Below are positions 63,518 through 64,000 of a stretch of DNA of 64,000 nucleotides, one piece after another. Source of the stretch: Narcine bancroftii (lineage: Eukaryota); NCBI RefSeq assembly GCF_036971445.1, contig NC_091473.1, forward strand, positions 40,486,001 through 40,550,000, read 5' to 3'. Within the stretch, counting starts at the first letter, position 1, and each line of letters begins with the position of its first letter. A program made the position numbers and the translations under genes. Under the pieces are notes generated by a model. That model saw nothing but the letters and a program-made list of their open reading frames with translations. It was not told where the DNA came from and made no database searches.

Positions 63518-64000
63518 GTTTGACTATTTTATAATTTGCCAATATTCTATCCCACAAGAGCATACGGATCTAGGAGTGGATGTAGAGCATCAGACTCTTC
63601 AAATATACCTTGTCATTCATTGTGATCGTGCTCATCTATACTAGCCATGATTCCTCTCTTTTTTTTAATGTCATGCACAAAATTCATTTTCCTTTGCCCT
63701 GCAACAGCATCCAAAGAGGCCCTACTAATTCAGAGTCACTATCGAGACAAGAAAGAGAACAAAACAAAATTCCTTCAGGGTCCCTTCAAACCCACCACCT
63801 CCTCTAGTGCCTTTGCCTTCTGCGCCCCTGTAACCTACATAGCCATGTGCCCTCCTTTCCAGTTCAGCAGTGATCCTGAGTAAGAGGCGTCCAAGTCTCA
63901 CCTCCTTGGTCCCTCATTCTGAAGCAATTAGTCCATGGGCCTCAGTTGTGTAGCTGGAATCACAAACTATGATGTGAAGAATCATTGTTTCGATAATTAC

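Overview
Vertebrate genomic DNA. The repeat repertoire (V-SINE/HE1-like SINEs, CR1, RTE, Rex/Babar, Penelope, L1, Chapaev3, hAT and Tigger MITEs) suggests a cartilaginous fish, which is an inference. The window holds the conserved SPCS1(-) / GLT8D1(+) / GNL3(-) / PBRM1(+) gene cluster. Manual splicing gives the first coding exon of SPCS1, a complete 9-exon GLT8D1 CDS (366 aa), a complete 15-exon GNL3/nucleostemin CDS (547 aa) and the first six coding exons of PBRM1. There are two CpG-rich bidirectional promoters and convergent, probably overlapping, GLT8D1/GNL3 3' ends. GNL3 introns host three SNORD19-family C/D snoRNAs. Introns are densely filled with transposon relics. The most unusual items are: a Gypsy-derived element with inverted LTR ends that appears to have integrated as a unit, Penelope-derived foldback elements carrying minimal hammerhead-ribozyme motifs, a 5'-inverted (twin-primed) L1, a candidate poison acceptor in PBRM1, a MER2-like segment and a degenerate ~30-bp repeat array. 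No prokaryote-type system (CRISPR, operon) is supported. Gene and family names come from recalled homology, not database searches.
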